A DNA stretch of 64,000 nt from the human T2T-CHM13v2.0 reference genome, Homo sapiens. The number at the start of each line of letters is the position of its first letter. Position 1 is the stretch's first letter. A program made the position numbers and the translations under genes. Below, piece by piece: positions 13,433 through 29,581 of the stretch. The stretch lies in the NCBI RefSeq assembly GCF_009914755.1, contig NC_060936.1; one strand, given 5' to 3'. The notes beneath the pieces were generated by a model. The model made no database searches, was not told where the DNA came from, and saw nothing but the letters and a program-made list of their open reading frames with translations.

Positions 13433-16400
13433 GTAAGTTTGCTATAAAACCACTATACAGTTTCTATTTCCTAGCCATTTTTTGAGGTTGGACACTCAGA
13501 CAGAAGACTGCACTGGAGAATATGGAATACATGCCCAGAAGGAGAGGCCTGTGATAGGGGAGGTGGAATTATGATTTATTATAAATAATAATAATAACAC
13601 TGTCAGCCAAAGAAAACATGTCCTCATCTACCAAAGAGTTGGAGGACATACAAGTCAGACAGGTTTTAGATGGAATCCAATGTAAGAGTGGCAATTAATC
13701 ATTTTCCCCACCCCTGACCTCTGCCCACTATGAATTTAGAAATGTGTGATATGCTAATGTGTATACCAAAACAGTAGCATATGATGTATATATAGTTATA
13801 TCATTTTATGAGTTTGCAAAAGGACAGTTACAATCTGATTTACATTGTGTCATTATGTGTAAACTCTGCAGATCTTACATAGGAAATACGGAACTAGGTA
13901 CTGAGTACCCAGTAGGTCCTCAATAAGTATTCGTGGAATAAGTAAGTGAATGACTTTTTCATGGGTATTGACCTGACCAATGCCTATATTACCCCAAGCA
14001 AGCTGAGTGGACTAAACTCCTTGGGAGGATCAATTCTATGGCATTGCCTCAATGGTTTGCAAAGCCAGGGCACGCTATATATGGTCAGATAAAGATAAGT
14101 CAAAATTATAACATCCCCTAGTTTCATTCCTGTACCTTGGAGAAAGGGCAAGAAGTCTTAACATGCTTTAAAAATCCCTGTTTGGTTAAAGCCAAAATAG
14201 TTAAACTCTTATTATGGGATTTTGATGTCTATAGGTCAGAGTGAGGTGTGTTTGGGGATCACAGGGTCTTCTTAATAACCCAGAAATCACCCTACATGGG
14301 CTGCTGTCTACTTATACAAGCAGCCCTGGTTTACTAGCCTGAGCCAGATTGATTCATCCTCTACAGCCATTGTAGCTGATCGACCCCAAGGAGTTAAGTG
14401 CCACCAAAGCAAATCAACTGAACTCATGCAAACCTGGCCTGGGTCCAATTCATTATGAATCCTACATAAATGGGCTAAGGTGTGGATGATTGAGGAATGT
14501 CATAAAGCTCACAATCCAGTTATTTGAAAAGGCTTCTGTAAAGTTCTTGACTACTATAAGCATGTGGCCATGACACACTAATTATCTAGCAACTTTTAGT
14601 GAGCATACCATCCCATTTTAAGAGAAATGTAAAGACATGTTATTTTGCCCAGGCATTTCTTTCTAATTGCAACTATCGTTGACATTCTCTGCTTGGCTTA
14701 GCCTGAAAAAGCTTACTTTCACTCAAACCACTTTCACATGTGTTTTTAGTTGATTCTCAAAACAGCCCTGGGAGTGGGATGTGCATTATAATCTTCACTT
14801 TGAGGAGCAGGAAGAGATTAAAAGAGGTTAAGTCCAGAATCACAAGGCATAGTAACTCTGGGAGCCCATGTGAAGGTGGAGCCTCGACTCACTCTCCATC
14901 CCGCACCTCACAGCCCTTGAGGCTGTCCCTTAACAGTAAACCCCCTGGATTTTCCGTCGTAATGGTGTTTCAGTTCTTTCCCAAATTCAAATATGGTGAA
15001 ATCTATCTTGTTTTAGGGGGAACCAAAAACAAAATGGGAACCTTTATGCACAATTGATAGTGAATCAAAGATTTAGAATTTTAACAACCTGGTAGATTTA
15101 AGACAATGTCCACAGTGATTAAAGTGTATCTCATAGCCTCCTTGTATCAATTTTACTGGGCTCTTTGGAGCTTTTCTTTTCTTTCTTTCTTTTTTAACCT
15201 TTCTCTTTGACTTAGGAGCCTTCTGCCACTTTCAATTTATGGATCTGCCTTTTGTTTTCTAATCCATTAGTCATTTTTCATGTTTTCAAGTAGTTAAATT
15301 TATGTATGTTTCTTCATGAATCTTATTTTCTGCCTCACTGGCCACTCTATTACTTTTCAGATTTTTTTTATTTTTCCAATTTAGAAATGCTTTAGAAATT
15401 ATTGAACTCATAAGAGTAGCAGAATTGTCAAGGTATAGAAAGTCATAAGCCTTTAGGGTAGTACAGTGATTGCTGGCTCATCCCTTTCTTATGTATTAAA
15501 GGATTGAAAATTATAAGTGGTGAGTGGCTTTCACGGTAGAATTCTCACATTTAAATGAGTGTGTGGTCTTCTCAGAAGTTACATGGAAGAGATATGCATC
15601 CTAATCCAAATGGCACTACCCTGTAGAAGACATTTTCTAGATCTTTCTTGGAAGTGCCTACAGAGGCCATCTACCATTCCTTTAAGAAAACTGACTTTAT
15701 ATTCACAGGAAACCCTTCGTCTGTTACTTTTTTCTTGGTACTTCTCAATTCTCCCTGATCATCAGTGTAGCCTCATCTCCCTCTGTCTCATTGAGAGCTG
15801 GTGGTGGGTCACAGTGAGGGTATATAGCATTCCTGCCAGTAAACCCAGTGATAGACATGGTCTCTCTACTACCTGTGACCTTCCTGCTATAACAATGGGT
15901 CAGTGAGTTGACACTTGCATGCCACTAGCTGAATTTTATACAGCAAAATGTGATAAATCTCACTTGCCTGAATTGATGACAACTTTCACTATTTGATATT
16001 GACAATAGCTAACAGTCTACAAAAGGTGAAAGGAATTAGTGAAACGTCTAGCTGTCCGTGCATCTTTTCCCCCATTATGGAAATGATATGGAAGGAAGAT
16101 GTACACAGCTGATAACTGTGTGTTCCTGTACTAGGTACACATTTAATGCTTTGCACTCAGGAGTAACCACCCTCTAAAGACACATTTTCAACTTGGATTT
16201 ATGACTGTCATTCATGCATTAGGTCCATGAAACAGGTGTTTTATTTAAATTTAAATTTTCTTAATGGAGTTTTTGAGCAGAACAACCAATGGACAGTAGC
16301 GTTAGTCTTGATAAAGCCTCGGGGCTGGTCTGTGAGATAAGAGTGCAGGAGGGGTTATGAATATTCCATTTCAGTGCTGGGCCTTTTTTTTTCACCAGTT

Positions 16401-17030
16401 CCCAGAACACCTTTCCCTTCCCACAGCTCAGATCTCTAGAAAGACTCTGCTAAAACTTACTCCCTCTCTGTGACAGCTAATCATCCTCAAGGCACTAATT
16501 TATTTTCATGTCCAGGTCTAGACAGTTCCTAGGTAAGGGAGACATCATTCCAAATTACCCTTTCAGTAGGGGAGTCCTGCTGCCAGTTGGATTAAGGCAT
16601 GTTACACACTCCCTGACCATTTGTTTTCACCCACGAGTGACTTGACAAATGGGTCCTTCAGCTTGGTTCATTTTTTTTAAGGCCATGATAAAGCCAGTGA
16701 TTTGTCTTGAGCACGATAACATGCAGAACCCATGTGTTCTCAGAACTGTGTTCATGTCATCATTTTGGTTTAGTGTTCAGCAGCTTGGAATAATCATGCC
16801 AGACTTGTTAATGAAGAGAATCTGAAGATCATGATTTATTCATTCAATCAGTAATTACTTATTGACCCCCTGCTAGATGCAAGAAATAAATAAAATGAAT
16901 AATCACCACTCATGTTTATCTTACTTATAGGCTAAGATCTTATCACATGCTATACATTCATTGTTTAATATAATCCCCTCAAGGACCCTATGAGGTGGGA
17001 ACTTCTGTCACTTTAAGAAGTTACGTAAAT

Positions 17031-17190
17031 CGGGTGTGGTGACACATGCCTGTAGTCCCAGCTATTCAGGAGTCTGAGGTGGGAGGATCGTTTGAGCCTG
17101 GGAGGTCAAAGCTGCAGTGAGCCATGATCATACCACTGCACTCCAGCAATGAGCAACAGAGCAAGGCCCTGTCTCAGAAAAAAAAAGAAG
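17031..17190 (+). mobile_element. Alu monomer (FRAM/AluJ right arm) interrupting a MIR
   Basis: single arm with A tail; TSD taagaagtta. Confidence 0.8.
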
Positions 17191-18400
17191 AAGTAAGAAG
17201 TTATATAACGTGCCAATATTACATGACTAGAAACCAGCAGAACTAAGATTTGACCCCAAAACCCAAGCTTTTGTATGTAAAACACTATTTAAAGAAAAAT
17301 GTATACAGGATGTATCTAAGTGCTAATTTCACCCAAAGTTTCAAACATTGTTATTTCAGTAAGTGCATGTGTTAACCACAATGTTCAATATGTAAAACTG
17401 TTTAGAGACTTGGAGAAAAGATGTTTCTAAGAGTGCTACTTGCTATGATACTTTTAAAATGGGCTTTTTCTTGAATGGAATTATTGACAGAATGATTAAA
17501 TCTTGATTTTATCTACCCATTCAATCTAGAATGATCAATAGAATCTCATACTTTAGTTTCCTCCAATCAGATCGATTCAATATTTATGGGATTCCTACAC
17601 TGCACAAGACTGTCCTAAGTCATAGGATACACAAATACCTAAGATACCTGCTCTGCTCCCAAAAAATTGCAGTCCAAAGGAGAGGGCATACATATATGCT
17701 GCCAACTCTAGTACAAGCGATCTGGTAATGGTGAACTAAGTAAGTATGGTGGCACTACAGAGAGAGGGAAAGGAGTGAGATGTTGTGACTGGAGTGATTA
17801 GGTTGTCTTCCTAGTAGGAGTGGTGTTTCAGTTGGCCGCTGAAGGATAAATACTATTTCCACTTGTAAAGGAAGAGGTAGGGAATTCTAACAGAAAAGAT
17901 AACAAGCAGAGGCATGAAAACATCAGAAGCTTTCAGGGAATATAGTCTAACAGGACTGTAGCATGGGATATGAGTTGGGGGGATCATATGCACACCAATC
18001 ATATTTGGAACATTTTGAGAATATCTATAAATATATATGAAACCATTAATGAGGAACTGTGTTTATGTGTATCATCAACAAAAGAAGCTGTGGCTTACAT
18101 ACAATTTATGCCCATCATGTAATGCTGCTTTTTACCTATTTCACTGAAACATTAATTGGGGTAGAGATGTTCTATATGATGATTCTGCAGAAAAAGGATG
18201 AGAACCAAAACAAGCAACTTGTTCCTGATTCAACATGCCCAGGGCTTTCCAGCGTATCCCAACCTGAGTCCTGGTTGACAAGGAAGGGCCAGTTAAAGGC
18301 ATTTACAATTGCAGGGACGTCTGGGAAGCAGGGTCTTCAGGGAACTGGATACAGAGAAGGTGATGAGTGTTCTAATGGTAGAATGTGCCTCCTCTTATAG

Positions 18401-18520
18401 GTGCATGGTTGGCTATGTGAATGCCAGCTTGTCTGTATTTCGAATTTCTGACTTTGAGAACCGATCTGAGCCTGAATCTGATGGCAGTGAGTTCTCGGGG
18501 ACTCCTCTTAAGTACTGCAG
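18401..18520 (+). CDS. ANO4: ANO4 coding exon (CMVGYVNASLSVFRISDFENRSEPESDGSEFSGTPLKYCR)
   Basis: cttatag acceptor, gtgagt donor, 120 nt phase 2-2; GYVNxSLS motif. Confidence 0.95.
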
Positions 18521-19295
18521 GTGAGTGTGGCACCCAGCGTGGCTCTGCCTGAGCTGGGCTGGCTCCACCGTGGGGAGGTTTTACTCTGAAGGCCCCTTCT
18601 GGCTGAGTGTGTTTAAAGCAGTGACTGTCAATCTCAACAATGCATTAAAAGCACATGAAGAATTTTCAAGCCTTCTCTTGCCCGGGATACAACCCAAACC
18701 AATTAAAACAGAATGTCAGGGAGTGGAACTCAGAAACCAGGTGCAGTCAGAATTGAGAACTGCTAGCTTAAAGGGAAAAACTAAAAATATAGTAGTGAAG
18801 GTTATACCGCTGCTCCAGGGACTCAGGGACAGACAATCCCCAGGCGGGTTGAGCGACAGCTGTTGAGGGCACTTGTCTTTGTTCTGCTTCTCTCCCTTGC
18901 CCAGAGTATATCACATCACATTTCTAAATGTTAAACAACTCAGAAGCCTGTGGAAAGAGGCCCAGTTCATTTCAGGTTCCACCACAGTAGCCTCTGCAAC
19001 ATGTGCTCATTCTCTCTTTCTTTCTCTCCCTCTAAAAGGAAATGAATTAAACTGTGCCTCTTGATGTGTATCTATACAAACGTACATGAAGGAGAATTTG
19101 TTGAGCACCTACTCTGTGCCAGAAACTGTTACTCCATTTAATCGTCACATCAGCCTTCTAAGTTAGGCAATATTATCTCATCTGACAAATGATAAAACCA
19201 TTCACTAAAAGCTCAATGAGATTACTTGTGCACAGTTCTTGAAGAGTCCAGATGGCACCTTTTTCTCTTAATACTTTGACGTTATAAGAATTTTG

Positions 19296-19440
19296 TGGGC
19301 TCACACCTGTAATCCCAGCACTTGAGGAGGCCAAGTTGGGAGGATCACTTAAGTCCAGGCAGTCAAGGCTGCAGTGAGCTATGATAGCACCACTGCATTC
19401 AAACTATGGAGCAAGACCTTGTCTCAAAAACAAAACAAAG
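19296..19440 (+). mobile_element. Alu monomer (FLAM-like or deleted AluJ)
   Basis: short Alu-like unit; TSD aagaattttg. Confidence 0.75.
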
Positions 19441-20434
19441 AATTTTGGAGATTCCCTATCATGACATTCTATGTTCTCCCTGTAATCAAAGCCACAAGGA
19501 AGAACAGCCATGGAGTCCTAGATGCTTTGACATAGGGACTTTTGTAATGATCCACTTCAGTCCCTCATCTTACAGAAGGTGAAGGTGAGAGAAGCCAGGG
19601 GCTCCCCATTTCTGTGCAGTGACAGCATACCCTCCACCCCTTTAAACACTCATGCCAAGTTCCCAGGTCTCATTGGCTGTCACATCTCATCAGATGGCTT
19701 ATTTCCTTTCCCACATGGAGTAACAAGTAAGATGGGGAGAAAGACTGGCTGGAATATAATCTAGTGCCGCTCTCTGTTGGGGTCTAGTGGAGAAGCAAGC
19801 AATTAAGCAACAATTGATACTTTCTTCAGTAGATTTCCCACTTGCTTGTCCAGACCATTTCGTACATGAAATTATTTAGCAAGCATTGTTAGACATATAC
19901 AGGATCCTAAGTATGAAATGCTTCAAAATAAAATGCCAACTATTATTTGGAGTTAAAAACTTTGTAATCATTTGAAAATAAGATAAAAATACAGAGTCTT
20001 TCTCCTCTTCTGCTTCCTGGCTCATAATTCTTCCTGCCTGTCTCACATAGTATCATAAAAGTATATTCCAGAAATTATTAATGTGAATGGAGGTATTAAT
20101 GCTGGCACCATTAAGTTAAATTATGATTGTTTTGTTTAGCATTTTTCTTAAAAGTCCCCCAAAGAAAACATTTTAAAATTTCTAATTAAAATCATGTAAA
20201 ATAATATTTTCAGGTTTGTTTTCAGTCATATAGCAGGTGAGGCACCCAGATCAGCTTGCGGGCTGAAAATATCTAAACATGTAGAGAAAAATTTAAAAAC
20301 ACCTTCTCAAATACATTAATGACCTGGGAAGAATATTTGGTATTCTAAGGCAGAAAGAAGTGGTACACAGAGCATTGCAGCCAACTTTTACCCAAAGGGA
20401 ATTTGCTGAAGTGAGTGGACTGGAGCTTTCTTTT

Positions 20435-20843
20435 TATTTATTTATTTATCTTTTTATACTTTAAGTTCTAGAGTACATGTGCACAGCATGCAGGTTTGTT
20501 ACATATGTATACATGTGCCATGTTGGTGTGCTGCACCCATTAACTCATCATTTACATTAGGTATATCTCCTAATGCTATCCCTCCCCCCTCCCCCCACCC
20601 CACGACAGGCCCCGGTGTGTGATGTTCCCCTTCCTGTGTCCAAGTGTTCTCATTGTTCAGTTCCCACCTATGAATGAGAACATGCGGTGTTTGGTTTTTT
20701 GTCCTTGAGATAGTTTGCTGAGAATGATGGTTTCCAGCTTCATCCATGTCCCTACAAAGGACATGAACTCATCCTTTTTTATGGCTGCATAGTATTCCAT
20801 GGTGTATCTGTGCCACATTTTCTTAATCCAGTCTATCATTGAT
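20435..20843 (-). mobile_element. 5'-truncated L1PA 3' end
   Basis: ORF2 C-terminus (…KHRMFSFIGGN) plus 3' UTR on minus; TSD ggagctttctttt. Confidence 0.93.
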
Positions 20844-20898
20844 GGAGCTTTCTTTTTCAAAGCTTTCCGTGGTTAGGGAAAGTGAAAGAAAATATAGA

Positions 20899-21231
<333 letters not shown>

Positions 21232-22241
21232 CTATATAAAACAACCATAATATAGTCACACTAGAGTCTATTATACAGCAATAAAAATAAACCACATGCA
21301 ATAATGTGAATGAATCTTAGTGACATAATAGTAAAAAAAGCAAGCCCCAGCAAACTACATATAGTATAGTACCCTTTCTATAAAGTTCAAAAACAAACTA
21401 AATAGTACAATATTCAGACAAATGCATATACATATAAGTTAAAAATAAAAATGAAATTCAGGGTAAGGGAAGCAATTGATGTAAGTTCCTGGTAATGTTT
21501 TAGTTCTTGGGCTTCATAGTGGATTTATGAGAGCTTGTTGTATTATTAAAGTATTACTTTAATGGAGTCACATGGATTAAAGTTCTCTGAATAGTGCCTG
21601 GCCCCCAACAGGTATTCGGCAAACATTTGTGGAATTTTATGCCGACTCAAAAGTGATAGCTGGAGGATACATTAGGAAGGACTTTTCTAGTGGCAAGTGG
21701 CAGAAATCCAGGGTAAACTGACTTAAACAACAAAAAATTGTTCAGTTAGCTGGGAGAGTCAAGGGGTGATATGAGCTTCAGTAATGGCTGGATCCCAGGC
21801 CTCAAGCAGTGTCAGCAGGATGCTGCCTCTCTGCTGTCTCTGCTTTGTTTTCTTGACTTCCTTCTCAAGCAGGCTCTCTCTCTCCATACAAGGCCACCAG
21901 GAGTCCCAGGCTTTTGCCTTCTGTGGGCTTAGTGATCATTCACTAAGTGATAGTTCTGGCAGACATCTTGATGATGTCACTGATCAGGTCTGGCTCATCT
22001 TTTGAGCTGAGATCAGGCAGGTGGAGGGGGAAGTCCTAGTCAACCCACACAGATGATTCCCCAGAGAAGAGATATTATTTTATCAGAAGAAAAATGCTGG
22101 ACAAGCAAAACAACAGATATCTAGTATAGAGAAACTTCAAATTTCCCTCCTATTGAATGAGGACTATATAATGAGAATGGAAGAGATTTGAGAATCAGAA
22201 AAATCATAGTTTGAATGCAACATTTTTCTGTGTCTTTATAG

Positions 22242-22347
22242 ATACCGGGACTACCGTGACCCGCCTCATTCACTGGTGCCCTATGGCTACACACTGCAGT
22301 TTTGGCATGTCCTAGCTGCTCGATTAGCTTTTATCATTGTCTTTGAG
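22242..22347 (+). CDS. ANO4: ANO4 coding exon ([35 protein letters not shown])
   Basis: ctttatag acceptor, gtaagt donor; anoctamin (C)RYRDYR and [12 protein letters not shown] motifs; translated by hand. Confidence 0.96.
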
Positions 22348-22779
22348 GTAAGTTTCCTCAGCCAAATTCTTTATTTCCTTTGACATAATGAAGTCAGTAG
22401 GAGTAATGAATAAAAATAAGTGATGGGGATTTTGAATGTGATTATCTATATTTCCAGAAGTAGTAGTGTCATATTATGTAACCTCTTTTTGATCTTTTTT
22501 CTTAATTGAAGTATTTGATTTTTCCAAGACATATTTGAAAGTCCATAGTTGGTTTTTAATGGACAAATCTGAACTCGTTGCTCCTAAATGTAATTTTCTG
22601 GGGCCATAGTTCTTAAACTTTAGCAAAAATGCAGTTTTTCCATCCTCACTCCCAGATATTCTGACATACCATGTCTGTGGCTTGTTTTTCATGAGCTCGT
22701 TGTAATGATTCTGACTATAGGCATTCTGGGACCATAATTTGGAAACATTTGGAAAACATCAGCCCAGTAAGATTCATTC

Positions 22780-24390
<1,611 letters not shown>

Positions 24391-25016
24391 TGGAGATTCA
24401 CTCTTTCTAAATGTCTCCAATTATTGCCATCATCATTACCACACATATTGAAATATACTGATTCATATAGTTAATTTATGATTTTCAAATAGTTATCAGG
24501 ATTTCCCAACATGATCATAAGCATTTTCCAATGGGACTGGGTATTACAAGTGGTATTTCTGGTTGTGTATCATCACGGAATTATTTATATTCAAGCATCC
24601 AAGTAAGTATTTATTAGCTAAGACTCAAAATGGAATTATAAAGTAAAATCTGTCTAGCAATTGTCTATATTATATGTCAATAAAAATATATTATCTATTT
24701 TCTTTCAGGGTTTAAGAAAATTGCTGTAAAAATAGTTTGCATTTCTATGACTCTAGTCATAAGTGGAAATTTCATCTCTTGTCACATATATTAAAGCCAG
24801 ATTAATAAAAGCCAAGGTTGCCTCTCGGCTTGGATCTAAAGTTTCCTAGACCTCTTCAAGACTATTCTATCACTGCTTTTTCCTTCAGTCCAGGGAACCA
24901 AAAGAAGAAAATATTAAGCTGCTCTTCCCTGGAAATTATCTTACCAATGGCACACTCTCTCTTTAAAGAAGATATTTTTAACCCATCACTGTCTTAAAAT
25001 TTTTCAGACAAAACTT

Positions 25017-27727
25017 CTTGTTGTTTGTTTGGGATTTTTTTATTTTAAGTTCCAGGGTACATGTGCAGGACATACAGGTTTGTTACACAGGTAAATGTGT
25101 GCCACGGTCATCTGCTGCACAGATCAACCCGTCACCCAGGTATTAAGCTCAGCATCCCTTAGCTATTCTTTCTGATGCTCTCCCTTCCCCCACCCCCACC
25201 CCCAACAGGCCCCTTTGTGTGTTGTTTCCCACCATGTGTCCATGTGTTCTCATCATTCAGCTCCCACTTATAAGTGAGAACATGTGGTATTTGGTTTTCT
25301 GTTCCTTTGTCAGTTTGCTGAGGATAACAGCTTCCAGTTCTGTCCATGTCCCTGCAAAGGACATTATCTCATCCCTTTTTATGGTTGCATAGTATTTCAT
25401 GGTGTATATGTACCACATTTTTTTATCCAGCCTATCATTGATGGGCATTTGGGTTGATTCTATGCCTTTGCTATTGTGAATAGTGCTGCAATGAACATAT
25501 GCATGCATGTATGTTTATAATAGAATGATTTATATTCCTTTCTAATAAGCGCCATACTGACTGGTATGAGATAATATTTCATTGTGGTTTTGATTTGCAT
25601 TTCTCTAATCTCCTTAGAGATTCTGAGCATCTTTTCATATTATTTTTGGCTGCTTGTATATCTTCTTTTGAGAGGTATCTGTTTGTGTCCTTTGCCATAC
25701 AAGTTATAGAATTGCTGGGTAAAATGGTATTTCTGCTTGTAAATCACTGAGGAATTGCCACACTGTCTTCCACAATGGTTGAACTAATTTATACTCCCAC
25801 CAACAGTGTAAAAGTGTTCCTTTTTCTCTGAAACCTTGCCAGCATCTGTTGTTTCTGGACTTTTAAATAATCAACATTCTGACTGGTGTAAGATGGTATC
25901 TCATTGTGATTTTTATTTGCAGTTCTTTAATTATCAATAATGTTGAGCTTTTTTTCATATGTTTGTTGGCTGCATGAATGTCTTCTTTTGAAGAATGTCT
26001 GTTTATGTCTTTTGCCCACTTTTTAATGGGGTTGCTTGGTATTTTTTTTGTAGCTGTGTTTAAGTTCCTTGTAGACTCTGGATATCAGACCTTTGTTAGA
26101 TGGATAGATTACAAAAATGTTCTCCCATTCTATAGGTTACTGTTTGCTCTGATGATAGTTTTTTTGTGCTGTGCAGAAGTACTTTCATTTAATTAGATCC
26201 CATTTGTCAATTTTTTCTTTTGTTGCAATTGCTTTTGGTGTTTTCATCATGAAATTTTTGCCCATGCCTACATCCTGAATGGCATTGCCTAGATTTTCTT
26301 CTAGGATTTTTATAGTTTGGGGCTTTACATTTAAGTCTTTAATCCATCTTGAGTTAATTTTTATATAAGGTGTAAGGAAGGGGTTCAGTTTCGATTTTCT
26401 GCATATGGCTAGCCAGTTCTCCCAAAACCATTTATTAAGTAGGGAATCCTTTCCCCCATTGCTTGTTTTTGTCAGGTTTTTCAAAGATCAGATGGTTGTA
26501 GATGTGTGGTCTTATATCTGAGATCTCTAATCTGTTCCATTGGTCTATGTGTCTGTTTTTGTACTAGTACCATGCTGTTTTGGTTACTGTAGCCTTTTAG
26601 TATAATTTGAAGTTGGGTAGTGTGATGCTTCCAGCTTTGTTCTTTTTGCTTAGTCTTGTCTTGGCTATTTGGACTCTTTTTTGGTTCCACATGAATTTTA
26701 AAAGAGTTTCTTCTAATTCTGTGAAGAGTGTCAATGGTAGTTTAATGGGAATAGCATTGAATCTATAAATTACTTTGGGCAGATGGCCGTTTTCACAATA
26801 TTGATTCTTTCTATCCGTGAGCATGGAACATTTTTCCATCTGCTTGTGTCCTTTCTGATTTCCTTGAGCAGTGGTCTGTAGTTCTTGAAGAAGTCATTCA
26901 CTTTTCTTGTTAGCTGTATTCCTAGGTATTTTATTCTTTTGCAGCAGTTGTGAATGGGAGTTCATCCATGATTTGGCTTTCTGCTTGCCTGTTGTTAGTG
27001 GTTAGGAATACTAATGATTTTTGCACATTGATTTTGTATCCTGAGACTCTGCTGAAGTTGCTTATCAGCTTAAGAAGCTTTTGGGCCAAGATGATGGGAT
27101 TTTCTAGACACGGGATCAGGTCATCTGCAAAAAAAAGATAATTTGACTTCCTCTCTTCCTATTTGAATACCCTTTATTTATTTCTCTTGCCTGACTGCCT
27201 GGGCCAGAACTTCCAATACTGCGTTGAAAAGGAGTGGTAAGAGAGGGCATCCTTGTCTTGTGCCGGTTTTTAAGGGGAATGCTTATTGAGAATTTTTAAC
27301 ATGAAGGGATGTTGGATTGTTATCAAAGACCTTTTCTGCAGCTATTGAGATAATCATGTGGTTTTTGTCTTTAGTTCTGCTTATGTGATGAATTACTTAT
27401 GCTTATGTGATGTTTACTGATTTGCATATGTTGAACCAACTTTTTATCCCAGGGATGAAGCCAACTTGATCATGGTAGATAAGCTTTTTGATGTGCTGCT
27501 GGATTTGGTTTGCCAGTATTGTATTGAGGCTTTTTGCATCAATGTTCATCGGGGATATTGGCCTGAAGTTTTTTTGTTGTCTCTCTGCCAGGTTTTGGTA
27601 TCAGGATGACACTGGCCTCATAAATGAGTTAAGGAGGAGTCCCTCCTTTTTAATTTTTTGGAATAGTTTCCATAGAAATGGTATCAGCTCTTCATTGTAC
27701 CTCTGGTAGAATTCTGCTGTAAATCTG
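25017..27727 (-). mobile_element. 5'-truncated L1PA (mid-age) with internal rearrangements
   Basis: ORF2 fragments on minus (e.g. [18 protein letters not shown]); TSD tcagacaaaactt at ~25004 and ~27728. Confidence 0.9.
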
Positions 27728-28599
27728 TCAGACAAAACTTTTTAAAAGGCTGCCTTATTTGGCTTTTCAAATAGAATTTTCCATTTTCTTTTAATATTTT
27801 GTTATTAACTATTTGAAAATATGAGAACTATGCAGAAAAGCTTCTTAATTTTGTGCCATCCATGCATCACCAAATTTATCAAGTTTTAAATAAAACGAAG
27901 AATACTTAGCAGTATCATTTGAACATGATTTAGTCTCTATTTAATACTTTAGAATTGTAATAGCCCTTAAATTGTCATCTAGTACTTCCTTGGTCACCAT
28001 TATATAGATGAGCAGAAGTGACAGTGACTCTAGAATTCCAGCTATTAGTATTTCAAGTAAAGAATTTGTGACTGTTTACCAAAAAGAAAAAAGCTTCTTC
28101 CTGAAATGATCATTTCCCTAGGCCCACTGATAATTCTTATAACCAAGATTTGTAAAGCACTTGACAGTCTACAAGGCATTTTTAAACATTTTCTCATAAT
28201 TCTCACAATACTCACTTTATAGATGAGGGGAATGAGGCTCAGATAAATTAAATAATTCATCCTCAGGTAGACAGACAGCCCTTAAGCAGTGAAAGCTACC
28301 AGCTTCAACCTGGGTTTTCTGACTCCACAGAATACATTCTTCTGGCTCTCCTTTGAATTAATTATCTGACCATTCTTTTCCCACCTTCCTTCCAGACTCC
28401 TCTTTCTATTCCTTAGGTGGTGCCATCAGACCAGTTCAGGCCTCACCTGTCCTATCATCTTGCATTACACACGCCTCCCCTGGTCACTTTGCACTCTCCA
28501 CATACCCCAGAGGGTCCACATCCTTCTTCAGCCAACTCTCTAACCTCATTCAGGATGCACAGTAGACCTGACGCTGTTACATTCTCCTCTGTGTTTTAG

Positions 28600-28791
28600 C
28601 ACCTCGTGTTTTGTATAAAGCACCTCATTTCATATCTGATCCCAGACCTCCCAAAAGACCTAAGGGATCGAATGAGAAGAGAGAAGTACTTGATTCAGGA
28701 GATGATGTATGAAGCAGAACTGGAACGTCTCCAGAAGGAACGAAAGGAGAGGAAGAAGAATGGAAAAGCACACCACAACGAGTGGCCGTGA
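28600..28791 (+). CDS. ANO4: ANO4 last coding exon ([63 protein letters not shown])
   Basis: gttttag acceptor; in frame with the previous exon; TGA at 28789-28791; ANO3/4-type C-terminus HHNEWP. Confidence 0.95.
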   Translation, partial: HLVFCIKHLISYLIPDLPKDLRDRMRREKYLIQEMMYEAELERLQKERKERKKNGKAHHNEWP

Positions 28792-29581
28792 CCATGTAGG
28801 TGAGAGGTGTGCTCAGCGTCTGAGGCCATTCCGAGGTTGAATGGGTGCTTTAAACTCCCTGAAGCAAAGCTTACCATTGTTGCAGTAACAGGGATCAAAA
28901 TAAACTCCTTAGAAGCTTCCCAATCCAAAAGAAGCTTGTTTTTTACTTTAATCGTTGCAAATTTTGCTTGATCTTCCCCTCCCACATACCTTCTGCAACA
29001 CTTCTCTGCCTTCTTGCCAGACTCTGGCCTATCAGTCAAGGTCTTCATGAATTGGCCTAGGAGTTCCCTGAAACAAAGCGTCCTCTCTCTTTTCCTCCAG
29101 CCGGGCTGTTTTCTTTAATATCCCCAGGGAAACATGCCCCTTCTTTCTAGGTGGGTGGGAGGCAGACATTAGCAAAGAGAATTCTTCCTGAAAGCCTCAG
29201 CGGCCAGAGACCAAGGTGCAACAGGGCTGTCCTGGGCTGCAGGACCAGTAACTGATGAAGAATTTCTTCTGGCCCCACCACTACTGGCTGCTTTCTTCCC
29301 AAAAAGGCCATTTCTAATTTTTGCTTGAAAGCATAGTATCTGCCTGCCTGTTTCTATTTCCCCGATAGTTGGCAGGATGTGATGTTGCTTTAGACTGCCC
29401 TTCTGACTCAGTCTGTTCACCCATAAAGCAAGCATAAAAATGTTTATACCATCCCTGACTCCATTTGGGGTTACAAATTCTTTGAATGCCTTTGGTGCAT
29501 GGTAAGTACAAACTATTGCACCTCATGTTTTAAAGCAATTGTGTATGCATAAGATCTTTATGCCTTCTTTTCTCTTTCCAG

